NCBI GenBank assembly: GCA_009602725.1
Contig: WELB01000019.1
Location: 683,680 to 721,877, forward strand
From: Spirogloea muscicola
Lineage: Eukaryota
Reading direction: 5' to 3'
DNA: 38,198 bases
The translations under genes were made by a program, and so were the position numbers. Of this stretch, positions 1-12,633 are shown one piece after another (the first letter of the stretch is position 1; each line of letters opens with the position of its first letter). The notes beneath the pieces are model-generated. The model worked only from the letters and a program-made list of their open reading frames with translations, was not told the DNA's origin and did no database searches.

Positions 1-2805
1 CCGCGCCGCCGCCACGCTCGCCGCCGTCGACGCCATCGTCGATCGCGCCGCCGCCATCGACGGCGCGCGCGCCGCGCTCGCCGCCGAGGACTACGAGGCC
101 GCCGCACGCTCCGTCGAGACCTTCCTGCAGCTCGACAAGGTCCACGCCCCAAACCCTAAACCCCTAAACCCTAAGCCCTAACCTTGCAACCACCCAGGTT
201 CGATCCGAGGCATTGGGCCGCCGCTGCCGCCGCCGCTGCCACTCTTTAGGGCTCGCTTTGCTCTCTCATGTTGCGGCATTAGCTCCAAAGGCGCAGCGAG
301 ACTGACACGTCCTCTTTACGTCCCGTGCTTCTGCCGGCGCAGGACTACAACGCGGCCATCGCCGGCGAGGGCGCCGCCGAGACGGCCGTGGACCAGCGGC
401 AGCAGCTGCTGGAGTCGGCGCGGGCCCTGGAGGGCGTCATCCGCACGCGGTTCGCCGCGGCGGCCGAGGCCCGCGACCACGCGCAGGCCGTGCGCTTCGC
501 CAAGCTCTTTGCGCCCCTGGGCCTGCAGGACGAGGGCCTGCAGAGCTACGTCAAGTACCTGCGAGCCGTCGTGGCCGCCCATGCCGCAGAGGACTACGCC
601 GCGCTGGAGGAGGTGCTGGAGCGGCCGGCCCCAGCGGCTGGCGGCCGCGGCGGCCTGCAGGGCAAGCCGTCGGCAGACTTTGTGGCCGTGCTGACCAACC
701 TGTTCAAGGTTCGTCGCCGCCTGCCGCGCCGCCACTCGCCAGGGACTGCATCTTCTAATGCTGCCGAGATGAAGGCGAGCCACGGCAGTGGGCACCCGAC
801 AGAATCGGCACCCAATTGACGGCAGACTGTCCTGCGTGCACAGGACATTGCCGTGAGCATCGAGGACAATGAGGAGCTCCTCCGCAGCCTCTTCGGCGAG
901 GATGGCATCGTCTTCGCCATCAAGGAGCTGCAGGTCAGTGCGGGCTCCTCGCTCTGCCAGTTTCTGCTGAGAGACAAGATTTGCGCCGGTACCACGTGAT
1001 GCCATTCGTGGGGTTTTGGTCTGTCGTGGCCCTCGAGCGAGCGAGCAATTTGTGCTTGCTGGCTCCCAGTGTGGCCGGTCTTGCTGCATCACTGCAAGCC
1101 GGTGATTCGGCTGCCGGCAGCTGACATCCATGCGCCTGTCCTCTCTGCCGCTCTCAATGGTTGGCTTGCTCACCCCCCAGCCACGGCAGCACGCTGCAGG
1201 AGGAGTGCGATGCGAGGGGCACGCGGACTGTAAGGGGATACATAGAGCACCGGCAGCTCGTGCGGCTGACCAAGGACGTGAATGGCGGCAGCGTCGTCAG
1301 CGGGGGTGTCGGTGGCAGCAGCGTCGGTGGCGCCACTGCAGCCAAGGGCACCGGCGGGGGTGGCGGGGGTGGGGAGGCCACGGATCCCCGACAGGTGGAG
1401 GTATTCTTGGAGGAGATCCTGATGCTGAGCCAGCGGAGCGAGGAGTACGCGGCTTTCATGGCCGGGAAGCTGCGTGAGGCGGAGGCTGGCGGCGCGGTGA
1501 CAGCGGCTGGCGCCGTGCCGCGTGGCGGCGTCGCGGGCAGCTTCGCTCGTGCACTGGCGGAGCTGATGGGCGCCTATGTAACTCTGGAGGAGTTCTTCAT
1601 GGCCGAGAATGCGCGCAAGGCGATCCGCATTGACGAGGCCGTGCCAGACGCGCTCACAACGTCCATGGTTGACGACGTCTTCTACATCCTGCAAAACTGC
1701 TGCCGCCGTGCGCTGGCCACAGGCAATGTGGCGGCGGTGCTTGCCACGCTGCATGCTGCTGCCAATCTTCTCAGTAACGAGTACAAGGAGGCCCTGCAGC
1801 GCAAGCTGCGCGAGCCAAACCTCGCCGCCAAGCTCTTCTCGGCAGCAGGCGGCGGTGCAGCACCTAAGACTGGTGCAGAGTTCGCGACAGCTGTCAACAA
1901 TGTTGATATTAGTGCAGAGTACGTGCTCAAGCTCAAGCATGAGATTGACGAGTACTGTGGTGAGGTGAGCCTTCAGGAGCCCGCGGTCATCACTCAAGCT
2001 GCAGTATATCTGTCGTCGGTCTGGGAAAATACAACTTAGCAGCCTGACCTATCTGATCTACACCTAAATTGGACACGCAGTCCAGAGTTCATAATCCGTT
2101 AAAGAATGTGCACATTACATGCAGATGCCTCAACTTGCAGCCCTGGCGACTTTTTGTGGCTCTTCTCCTGGGCAGGTATTTGTGGTGGTGGCAGATCGGG
2201 AGAAGGTGAAGCCGTGCCTATCGGACCTGGGCGAGACCAGCACGTCGCTGCGGCACCTGGCCACTGCAGGCCTGGACCAGCTGGCCAACAGCGTCTTGCC
2301 GCGCCTACGGGCAATCCTGGACGGCGTGGCGGGTGTGAGCTACGAGCTCACGGAGGCGCAGTATGCCGAGAACGAGGTCAGCGATCCATGGGTGCAGGCC
2401 CTGCTGCACGCAGTGGACGCCAACGTGTCGTGGCTGCAGCCACTTCTCACGCCCAACAACTACGACTCGCTCGTGCACCTGGTGGTGGACTTCATCTGCC
2501 GCCGCGTGGAGGCCCTCGTCCTGCAGAAGCGCTTCAACCAGCTGGGCGGCCTGCAACTGGACCGCGACGCACGCGCTATGGTCGGCTTCTTCTCCGGCAT
2601 GACGTCGCGCACCGTGCGCGACAAGTTCGCGCGGCTGACGCAGATGGCCACCATCCTCATCTCCCAGCGCGTGTCCGAGATCCTGGACTACTGGGGCGAG
2701 AACTCCGGCCCCATGACGTGGCGCCTCACGCCCGCCGAGGTCCGCCGCATTTTGAGCCTCCGAGGGGACTTCAAGCCGGAGGCGATTGCCGCCTTGAAGC
2801 TGTAG
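1..2805 (+). CDS. COG4: Conserved oligomeric Golgi complex subunit 4, 5'-truncated; exons <1-139, 343-708, 844-933, 1200-1964, 2176-2805
   Basis: In-phase GT-AG exons encode DPRQVEVFLEEI, YVTLEEFFMAENARKAIRIDE, LTTSMVDDVFYIL, KRFNQLGGLQLDRDAR, VRDKFARLTQMATIL and EILDYWGENSGPMTWRLTPAEVRRILSLRGDF, all hallmark plant COG4 motifs. Confidence 0.95.
151..183 (+). repeat. Degenerate plant telomere-like (AAACCCT)n / telo-box cluster in a COG4 intron
   Basis: aaaccctaaacccctaaaccctaagccctaacc starts 11 nt after the GT donor at 140. Confidence 0.8.
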
Positions 2806-3465
2806 TTGGTATGCAGTTGAAGCCTTGCTGTTGATACTGCCGCCGGGTTGCTTCACTGTAGAGCCACACGCCCAGGCCTTTAAGTGTACATTGATTGAGC
2901 CTTAACATGAATGCCTTCCAAAGTCCAGATTACCTCTCTGATGCCCTTTTCCTCTGTGGTCAACACTGTGAGTAATTTACAGACACTTTGTGGCAAAGCC
3001 ACATCGAGGAAACAAACGTCTAGGCGCTATCCAACCAGACTTGTTAGGCGTAATACCAACTACTGGCGAACTTAACTGTCTTGTTGTGACGAAGTGGTAT
3101 ACAAGGTGACCTGTAACAGCGATAGAGATGCTAGCTCATCCTTTCAACAGAGACAGGGCACCAATGAGGCACAGAGGTTGTAGGAGCCATGGGACAGGAG
3201 TCGGGCAATGAAGAATTGCTAGTTCTGAAGAATGCCAACGCAGAGATTGAGTGGCTACCTTGCAGGACTTGATAGCTCTGGTCAGCACTAAAAGATGAAC
3301 TTAGCTGCAGAACTGGAATGGGACCCCAAAGATGCAGCTTGCGAGCACTCAGCGCACAGATTCAAGGCTCAGAGGTCTGGCCAGGCATTGTGATGACTTT
3401 TCAGTTGGTTAGCTTGTCCTGCCTGCTCAATGCCAGGTGCATGCCCCAGTAGCTTCACTGGATGC

Positions 3466-4379
3466 TGTAATATGCCACACGTGCAGTGGCAAAGAAATCT
3501 GTTGCAGATGGGTGCCTTTCACCAGAATCTCTGGAAAAGAAGAAGGCCCTTATCAAAGGCCCTTGTCAACGGTAGGCCCTTATGAAGTCTATGAGAACCC
3601 TTCCTGAGAACCTCAGGCTCCATTTTCTCCATGACCATCGCTTTCTTGTTCTTCACATTGCAAAAGCAGTGAACTTACATCGTTCTGTCGCGGGCACTGT
3701 CGAGTGCAGCAGGACTACTGGACTGCATACCACTTCGTTGAGCCCCTAGCAAAAGCCCATGAAAACACAAAAGTCCTTCTTCCAGACACGCAGCAGCATT
3801 TGCCTTGAGGTGCCCAATACTTGCTTTGGAAGGTTCTTGGCCATGGCTTCTCGACGTGAGTTGATTGCTATGGTCCATGCAATCCTTCAGTCGCTGGCTT
3901 GCAGCTCTCAACCATTTGTGTATATGTTGATCACAAGGATGTTGCACCACGATCACAATCAGTGCTTTCCAAAGAGTGGGCCGCAGAGTCACACGTAACC
4001 CTTGCCTGCATACTCCAAGCCATCACAGCAGTGTACCTGGCTTTGCTTTCCTTCATGGCCCCTCGGTATGCCTGTTCTCAAGACTGCTGTCCTGGCAATC
4101 CCCTGCCAGTGACACCCTTAGCGACGTTGCCTCTCAACAGTGTTCCTCACCCGTTGCCTCTCAACAGTGTTCCTCACCATACATTAGCAGCACCATTTCC
4201 TGGCTCTTTCGTTGTGCTTGACCTTCCAACCGAACACTGTGGACTTGGACTACACCTAGACGAACTGGGCAATGCCTACATCTTGAGATGTCAACATGCC
4301 CCGATCCACTTGACCTACTATTATCAGGGCCGCACTGATATTCTATCAGTCAAAACAACGATTAGGTGGGGATATTACA
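3466..4379. mobile_element. Possible degenerate solo LTR / retroelement remnant
   Basis: Bounded by an 8-bp inverted repeat, TGTAATAT...ATATTACA. The right end GGGGATATTACA resembles a Ty3/gypsy LTR end. Contains short tandem duplications. No target-site duplication or PBS seen. Confidence 0.3.
4125..4178. repeat. Perfect 27-bp tandem duplication
   Basis: cgttgcctctcaacagtgttcctcacc occurs twice in tandem. Confidence 0.9.
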
Positions 4380-4702
4380 ACCGAATGCGGACATCCAGGA
4401 TCTAAGTAAGTTGATCGGCCACCCTTAAGTCTAAACTACAAATTGGGTTGCTGTTGGCACTGAGGCAAACTGGAAGGCCAAGTGGGGCACAGAAGAGAGC
4501 CTCATCCTTCTGTGTGGTGCTTTAGGGTGCAGGCCGCGGCTGTGTATGCCAGCCCAGCAGCAGGTCTGAGGCACCAGCGACAGCAATGAAGCAGCTTGTC
4601 AAGCAGGGTCCGAATCGATTCCAGGAGCCAGGTCCATGGCCAGTGTTAGAGCTCGACAATTAAGAGTGTCAATAGAAATTGCGATGGCCATCGAGAGCAG
4701 GA

Positions 4703-7700
4703 TTAGTTGCAATCCCAGAAATGTTCCTCCTGGCTATTGTGGTCGGATCTGCAGGGCACCGAAGCTTCAGAAGAGCCACTGGGGCTGCACGCCACCACCG
4801 ATTCTGAGGAGAAGAGGTCGTCCATGGTACTCTGTGGTGACACAAATTCTTTGCTATTGGACATCACTGTGCTGCCTCCGGTCGGCTGCTTGCATGTGCT
4901 CCTCACAGCGCCTGGCAGCAATGCATCAGTGCCAGGAACAGGTGTCTTGCAGCTCTCAAGCTGGGACGCAGCATCTTCAGACGTTGCGGTATATGATGAG
5001 CTCTTGACTGGATACTTGGCTGGAAAGTATCAGCACACGAGATGCACAAAATTCTCCGTCAGTTCACATTCAAAACAAGATTTCGAGGCAAAGCACAGCA
5101 GGTTTGTTGTCCTTTGCACCACAGCTTTGTGTTGTTGTAGATCTACTTCATCGATCTGATACGCATGGCCCACTTTGACAATCAAATTATTTGCTACTCT
5201 CCCTAAATACTAGATTGTCTTCTACAAATTCCCTCAGTAGGCTGTCTGAACTAGATGTGACTAATGCCACAGCAACGCTCACCTCCATCTGCAGAATGTC
5301 CAATGGGTGAGGTACCCAACACCACAACTGATGGTGCATGGACGCCTGCGACCTCAGAGTTGCATACACATGTCAAAATGGTGAAGCACATGTCAAAATG
5401 GTGATTCCTGCTAATTGCAACCTTCTATACATCCTTGCACTCACATCCAGCCAGACGGCACCTGCCAATAGAAGGAGAATTAAGTTGTGGCGCACCTAAA
5501 GCTGGAAGGCTTCCTACATTGCATAGGCCATCTTTTGCCTTGACATCCTGAGTCACTCGATCATGTTGACCTTGCCGTGAAGCCCCTGCTGCGTTACCAA
5601 CTATAGCTGCTGGCAACTGCTCTATGAAGTCTTTGTGATGTGTCGGATGATCAGGCCTTTGCTCTCGTCTATCATCAACCTCAAACTGGGCAACTAGAGC
5701 TGCAAGCTTCCCGCGACCTCGTTTGGGCTTATTGCAACCACCATCACTTTCTCCACGGCCAGACGATGGTGCAGGCAGATGTGACGTTGGAGATCTGGCT
5801 AATAGCTGTGATCCATGATGACCCACAGGCTGCAGGTTGTTCTCTTCTCTGATTCTTGTTCTCACCACTCCGTGTGTCTGCGCATGTCTTGGAGGCACCG
5901 TCTGATCCTCAAGCCCATTCCAGATAGATAGTCGCCCCCCTTTCTCTGAGCTAGGAGGCCTCCCTTTGAGCCCTTGATGCCTATGGTCACCTCCTGCACG
6001 CGGCTGCTCAGCCAGACTTGGCAAGCTCCTTCCCTCATTGGCTGACTCCTTGACCCTGTAACTGCTCCTGACACCTGCAGTGTTTACTTCGATGTTACCC
6101 AAAGGCATCCTACCATACACTGTATCTCTCCCTACTCTCAAACTGGTCTTGTCATCCTCCTGTAGCAGGTGTTTGTAGATGGGCCTTCCAGACGTGGTAG
6201 TGCACTCCTGCTGTTTGTCATCAGCAACCTCTACACTGAAAGTATTCACACCGCTGTTGCCTTCCTCCGCATGACCTCGTTCAGAAATTGATGTCATCTG
6301 TGAGCAATTATCCCAAGTACCCAATCTGCGCTCCTCCTGGTGTAGTGTTGGTGGCGTCTGCAAATGCATCATCTGACACCTTGTTGCAAGCTTGACCTGT
6401 ATCAGTGGGTGTAGTAGCATCAGAAGCGACATGGCCATCAAGCTTTCCCAGAGGGACCTTGTGACAACATTGTAAAAGCTTACCGAGCACAAGGAAAATC
6501 AGGCTGCCATGCTTGATCACCAACTACAATGTCAATTTTGTAAGCCATGACACTCATAGACAGAACAGCAGATCCAAGTCCTTACCAGGCAATGTGCCGA
6601 AGGGCTTGCTGCCAGGCTGCTGGTCCTGTCACTGCTGGTCATCTCAGTGTCTTTTGTTCCTGCGGCCCATTGTCCCACATACGTCAACAAGGATGGCAAA
6701 GAGCCTACATCCACACGGAGCCTCATCTAGACTACATCTGCATATCCTGACAACTACGTGATAGTTGGTCTCTCACCTGAGCTCTCGTCTGCGTCCACCA
6801 GTACCTCTGAGAAATTCGTCATTGAAGACTGGCTATCCTTCACAGCTGCTGACCCAGAGCTTTCAGAGGCTGGTGATACTAAGTCAAGTAGAGATGGAGC
6901 TTTGTATGTGTCTGCACTCCCAATTGTTGATGACCCCGGCAGTTCCGAAGGAGCAGAGGGCGATGTCCCCCAACCAAGAGAGCCAGGGGAGGGAATGCGC
7001 CATGCAGCAGATTCAGGCAGCTCAACTGTCCACATTCTATCAGAGCCACTGTTTGGCAGCTGGGCTGCGGACAGATCCTTGTCCGAAGCAGCTAATGATC
7101 CAGCTGCTATGGGAGGACTAGTAGCCTGTGTACTACTCAAGGCCTGCAGATTAACATCTGTGTCACCTGCAGAGCCACATCTGGACTCTTGTACAACGTG
7201 CTCCATTGTCGATAGCTGGTGGGAGTCAAAAACCTCCAGGCTTTGTCTTGCTGTCACTGTCAAGGTGTTGAAGTCCTGCAAGGGACTATTCGGACCAAAG
7301 GCCTCACTACTGGTTGTCCCAAATGTTTTGCCTTCTGTGTGGACATCTAGCATATCCTGCAGCATAAGACTCCTGCAGTCACCTGATTTTGCCAAGGAAT
7401 GGAAATGAGAGTAGCCTTTCAGCTTCTCTTGAGGACAATCTTTCGCCAGCAAGCTTATGGCATGTATTACTGCATCACCCTCTCCACTTTCGCGAAGGGA
7501 TGCACCACCCTCCTGAGCAGGTCAACAAAAGTCTTAGGTCGTCTGGAAAAAACCGTTCAGAGTGTGCCACATCATTGAAGTTTTGGAATCCATAGAGAGT
7601 ATACTGTCGGAGAAGAGGCACTACGGTCCAGACTCAGACCCTACAATCAAGTGCTGCTCACAGTAGTGCTGAGAGCAACTAAGAGCAACATCTCCTCACT

Positions 7701-10700
7701 TGATGGTCATATGTTGATGCACTGGAGGCATGATTGATTGTGGAGTCATCCAAGCCAGCAGCCGGTGAATGTGCATCATATCGAATTTTGTCTTGGACAG
7801 AGCTGCTCGTTCCAAGCCTGCTTGTCAGTTGCACTCTTGGGTTGCCTCCACTTCTGAGAGAGACGTCTCCCTGAACATGTGAGACAAAATTATGGATTAT
7901 CAACCTTTGACGCCGTGAAGTACTGTCCGGGTATCTTTGGAGGCAAGCTATCTTCTGGTCAGTCATAGATGTTTCTCAACACACTGAGTAACCGATTGGA
8001 GTACAAATGTTGAAGGCCTCCTGAGAGCAGCATGCTTTGCAACTGTCAGCCTTGGGCTTACTAGGGCAAATTTGATGTCAGGGTCTCGCAAGTCAGCAGC
8101 CTTCGTATATGAGCCATCGTGGGCATCTTCTTGTGCAGAGCTGCCTGTAAGCGTGCTTGTAAGACCCACTTTACTGTCTCCACTTCTGAGGAGGAGATCA
8201 CCATCTTCCTGCAGCAAACAAGCCCCAGTAGTCATTTCTTTGTCAATCCATGACATGAATATAGTCATCACATACATGCAATACCATGCAATACATGCAA
8301 TACCATCCAGAAGTAGTGCAGATCATCGCGCCCTGTGAGCATCAATGAAATTGCTGCAGTTTGGTGTGATGCCTTCACATGCTGCTAGGCCTATCAATGC
8401 ACTTTCGTCCTTATTTGTCTGCAGATCAGTGGGCTCACAGAGGCATGGTCGATATTGGAGCCTTGCAAGCTAGAAGCCATCACACTGTGGACACTTGCAT
8501 ATTGTTGGCAAGTGCTGGCTGGAGTATATTCTGGGCTTGAGTAGTCATGCAGCTGATCTTGTGGACTCTGTAGAGGTTCTGCTGCTGCGCCCCCTCTGCT
8601 TGGACATTTCACATCCTTCAACCAAGAGGAAACACCTTCAGGTGAAGTCCACCCAACAGAGCCTGGTGTTGGAACCTTCCATCGACCTCCAAGCGAGGAA
8701 GTTACCTCTAACACGTCGCTGACATGGTCCTCGCCTTGCAGAATGGAATCAGGCAATGTGCAGTCTCCTTGAGCTGATGATTCATCCTTGAAGGTAACTT
8801 CTACCCCAACCGACATCTCCTCCATATGATGGTCCTGAGTAGCACTTGACAAGTCTAACAATGGAGCTGCTGGAGATTGTGAAGCTGCAGGGTTGGCTGC
8901 TGCGCTTGACCCTGGTGCTACATAATTGCTAGCACTTATGAAAATTCCAGGATTTGTACAACTCTCTCTCTTGGGACAGTCTTCATCCTGTGAGACCACT
9001 GTGCTGACAACCTCCACTCTTACTGGATCCTGCTGCACCTTGTTCACTTTCAGGAAGTCAGCTTTAGGAATATCTGCCACCATGCTAGAGGAAAGATCTT
9101 CGACAATTCCAGGGCTTGTACAACTCTCTCTCTTGGGACAGTCTTCATCCTGTGAGACCACTGTGCTGACAACCTCCACTCTTACTGGATCCTGCTGCAC
9201 CTTGTTCACTTCCAGGATGTCAGCTTTAAAAATATCTGCCACCATGCTAGAGGAAAGATCTTCGAAAATTCCAGGGCTTGTACAACTCTCTATCTTGGGA
9301 CAGTCTTCATCCTGTGAGACCACTGTGCCAACAACCTCCACTCTTACTGGATCCTGCTGCACCTTGTTCACTTCCAGGATGTCAGCTTTGGAAATATCTG
9401 CCACCATGCTAGAGGAAAGATCTTCATTCCCCTCTGCTGACATACTGGGACTGTTGTTGCCTATCTTGATAGCAGCATCCGCTGACTCCAATAATGAGGT
9501 CTTCTGCTCACAAATCTGCTCAAGGATCTGCTCAGGAAGCAAAGTCATCACGTGCTGACAGCCGCCTGACCTTTCCGCACCAGAGCACAGGCCTCGCACT
9601 TCCATTGCCATAGTGCTGTCCTGGTCACCATGAATGGACTGTATCTCATGTCTCATGGCTGCTTCTTCCGACACAAGGCCATAGACCTCACTGTCTATAG
9701 GTACTCCTACTGCTCCTGCCAATCTCAAAGGTTGAAGCGAGTCGTGCAAATCCACAGGTTCCGGAGGCAAGTGCCTGACAAACTCTGGCCCTGGACCTGA
9801 GTATATCACAACGTCAAGCAGCCCTGTACATGGCCTTTTGCAGGCACTTGCAATTTTAGCAGGAGAGGAGCAACTTGTGGGACATGATAGTGGCTCAGAG
9901 GTGCCGCAGGTATCACTAGTCATGTTTGTCATCCTCTCAGCTACGCCAGGATCCTTGTCTTCTAGGGGCTCGGCATGCGTTGTATGCATGACATCTTGAT
10001 CCTTGACAATCTGGTGCACCTCCTGACTCCCGGTAATTCCTGTCAAGATGTCTGGATTGGGCTCACTATAAACTGGCACTCCTGCTGCCTTAGTGGGGCT
10101 TGAGGGTTGTGGCAAGGCAGGCAAAAGTGCACAAGGCTGAGAGTGCGCATGGCCTTCTGTTTGTATTGATGTGTCTGACGCCCATGTACATGGCATGTTG
10201 TGTGAGTCTGCAGCTTCTTCAGGAGGGTTGTTTGCAGGCAGCGCTAGCGATACAGGAAGTACATAGCTGGGAGCCGCCGCTACCTCCTTTGTCCTGTCAA
10301 CTGCAGCTTGACCATCACCATGTCGAGGATTCTGATGGTCCAGTACGATGCTCCTCACTGGACTGCTCTCTATGCATTCACCAAGTACTCCGCTGCTCAG
10401 AATGTCCTGGTCAGGAGCTGCATTCAGTCCTACAGTCTCTGAAGGGTCTGGAACAGCGTTTGTGTCTTCTGTTGCAGCTGTGACTGATAGTCCTGAAGCT
10501 GCCTGCTCAATCAGCCCGCTCGTGAATGCACCAGATATGAAGCAAGACTCTCCAACTGCTGATGTGAATCCCTCTCCAGCAGCTGCTCTTTCTTCAATGA
10601 GGCCTTCTGCTATGTCATCAGCTGGAGCTACAGAAGTAGCCAGTATACTGCAGGGATCACCTTTGTCTTCAGTCCCTTGCGGGCCACTAATATTCATCGC

Positions 10701-12541
10701 CAGCCCAGAAAGTCCTTGGTTGCTTTGTTCACACCGCTGATCTCCAGTTGTTGTACAAGCAGAGAATGGGCGCAATGATGTAAGAATGACCTCTGATGTG
10801 CTAAGCCCAACTTGTTCTACTTGTGGCACGACTAGGATGTCCAACAGGACAATGAGCCCTGTGTTTGCAGAAGTGTGAGACACACTTGACAAGGCAAACT
10901 CCTGCAGCGTGGCTCGCTTAAAACCCGTAGGCTCAAGCCTAGAACCTGGCATGCTAATCTGCAGGGTGTTTGGGTGTTTGGCAGGGGGTTGGACTAGTAC
11001 CTTCTCTGCAAGTGATTCCAAAACAGCTATCCTCTCCTGCAATGCCATCTTCTCACTCCCCATTTCTAGGAGCCTCCTTTCCATCTCAAGCACCGCTCCG
11101 GCACCTCTCAAGGCATTTCGCCTCCATTGTAATGGCCTTTCGCCTTGATGTCCATTACCACTTGTGGCTTGCATGCGCAAGAGTTCTTGTCTGAGGTTGC
11201 TAACTGCACGGACTTGACAAAGTTGTCAGTGCCTGCATTCAATACTATAAATAGACCAAGACTTTCAGCATGACTAACCACTTTCTTGACCGTAGCAGGA
11301 GAAGGGGGCGAGACAATATGCTACCTTGAGATCGTGACCGACATAACTGATAATGACTGGCTTTGATAAAGGTGTTCCTATATGTTTGCATCAGAACAAA
11401 GGTTTATAGAGTTATGCTGGACATAATACCTTCCGCTTCTAGTTGGCTTATCCTTCGCCTTGCCATCAGGCTTGCTTCTTTGTTCTTGAGGCCCAGCGCA
11501 TCATACTTAACATTGACAATATCAAGTTGACCATGGAGCTCGTCTAACTGCCAGGATCAGTGTCATATCCACCTTAGCATAAGTGTCTGGGTAAATCTTC
11601 TTTTACTTGCAAGAGAAACATACCAAAGACAGTGCTTGATATGCATGACAAGATGGACATGAGCATCTTTGATACATGCAAATCACAAGCTGCAATCCAT
11701 TGGTCTGTGAGTGCACCTCAATTTCTAAGTCTAGTGACAGGGCAGCATCATCCCTCAAATTGTGCCAGCTAGCAAAGGACTGAGCCACCAGGCTCCAGAT
11801 CTCCACCTTCAGGACCGTCTGTCTGTGCTTAGAGTTGACAAGGACAATAGGTCCCTCACACATTCTCAGGTTACCGACTCTTTCCTTATGCTGCAGGACC
11901 TCCCATAGGCTTGCCTCAGTCACAGACCTGCAAGGAGGAAGAAACAATCTTGTTACCCTCCGATACGAGCTTCAGCTCACATTTAAGCTCCATCAGAACA
12001 TCTTTGCAAAGGGCACCACAGTGAGCACGTGCAGGCCAAGTCCACATCTGATATGAGCTTTGACAGCAGATGGTTTGACGTCTCACCAGCCACTGAACTG
12101 GGCAGCATTCTGGCCAGCTGTTGTAGCGGAAAGAAGCATTCCATCAGCTGCCACGGACCGAAGGGCGATCTTATCCTTTTCAGGCCAGAGTAACAGAAAC
12201 GCAGAAGCTGACGTACACAGCATGGTCTCTAGGTCTCCGTCCTTGCAGGAAGAAGAAGTCTCCGTCAACTCCTCTGGACTAGCCTCACCTAGTTCCCATC
12301 TGAACGCAGGAAATTGTCAGATAGATCATCAAATTCGCTTTGCCCCAATAGCAGCACAATGGTGCTCCCAGCTTGGACTGCCCACAACATTAAGCTTCGT
12401 CTTTGACAGGCTGGAATGACAGATTTCAAGCAAGAACTAATTCCTACCCTCGCATGGCCTAAGGGCCATGCGCCACAGGGCTAAAAGTCCACAGGGAAAG
12501 ATCACACCGAAGGGGAAGAAGAAAACAGAAAATAGAAAGAG

Positions 12542-12633
<92 letters not shown>

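Noticed and set aside
316..2856. Long antisense and alternative-frame ORFs over COG4
   Set aside because: Shadow ORFs caused by GC-rich codon usage; no recognisable motifs.
5283..5288. Possible 6-nt microexon (cag|ATGGAG|gtgag, minus strand) in the orphan gene
   Set aside because: Frame-neutral and not needed for the model; cannot be supported without RNA reads.
8926..9558. Plus-strand 210-aa repeat ORF, and a possible CRISPR-like array
   Set aside because: It is the antisense of the coding 162-bp repeat; units are contiguous with no unique spacers, and the context is eukaryotic.
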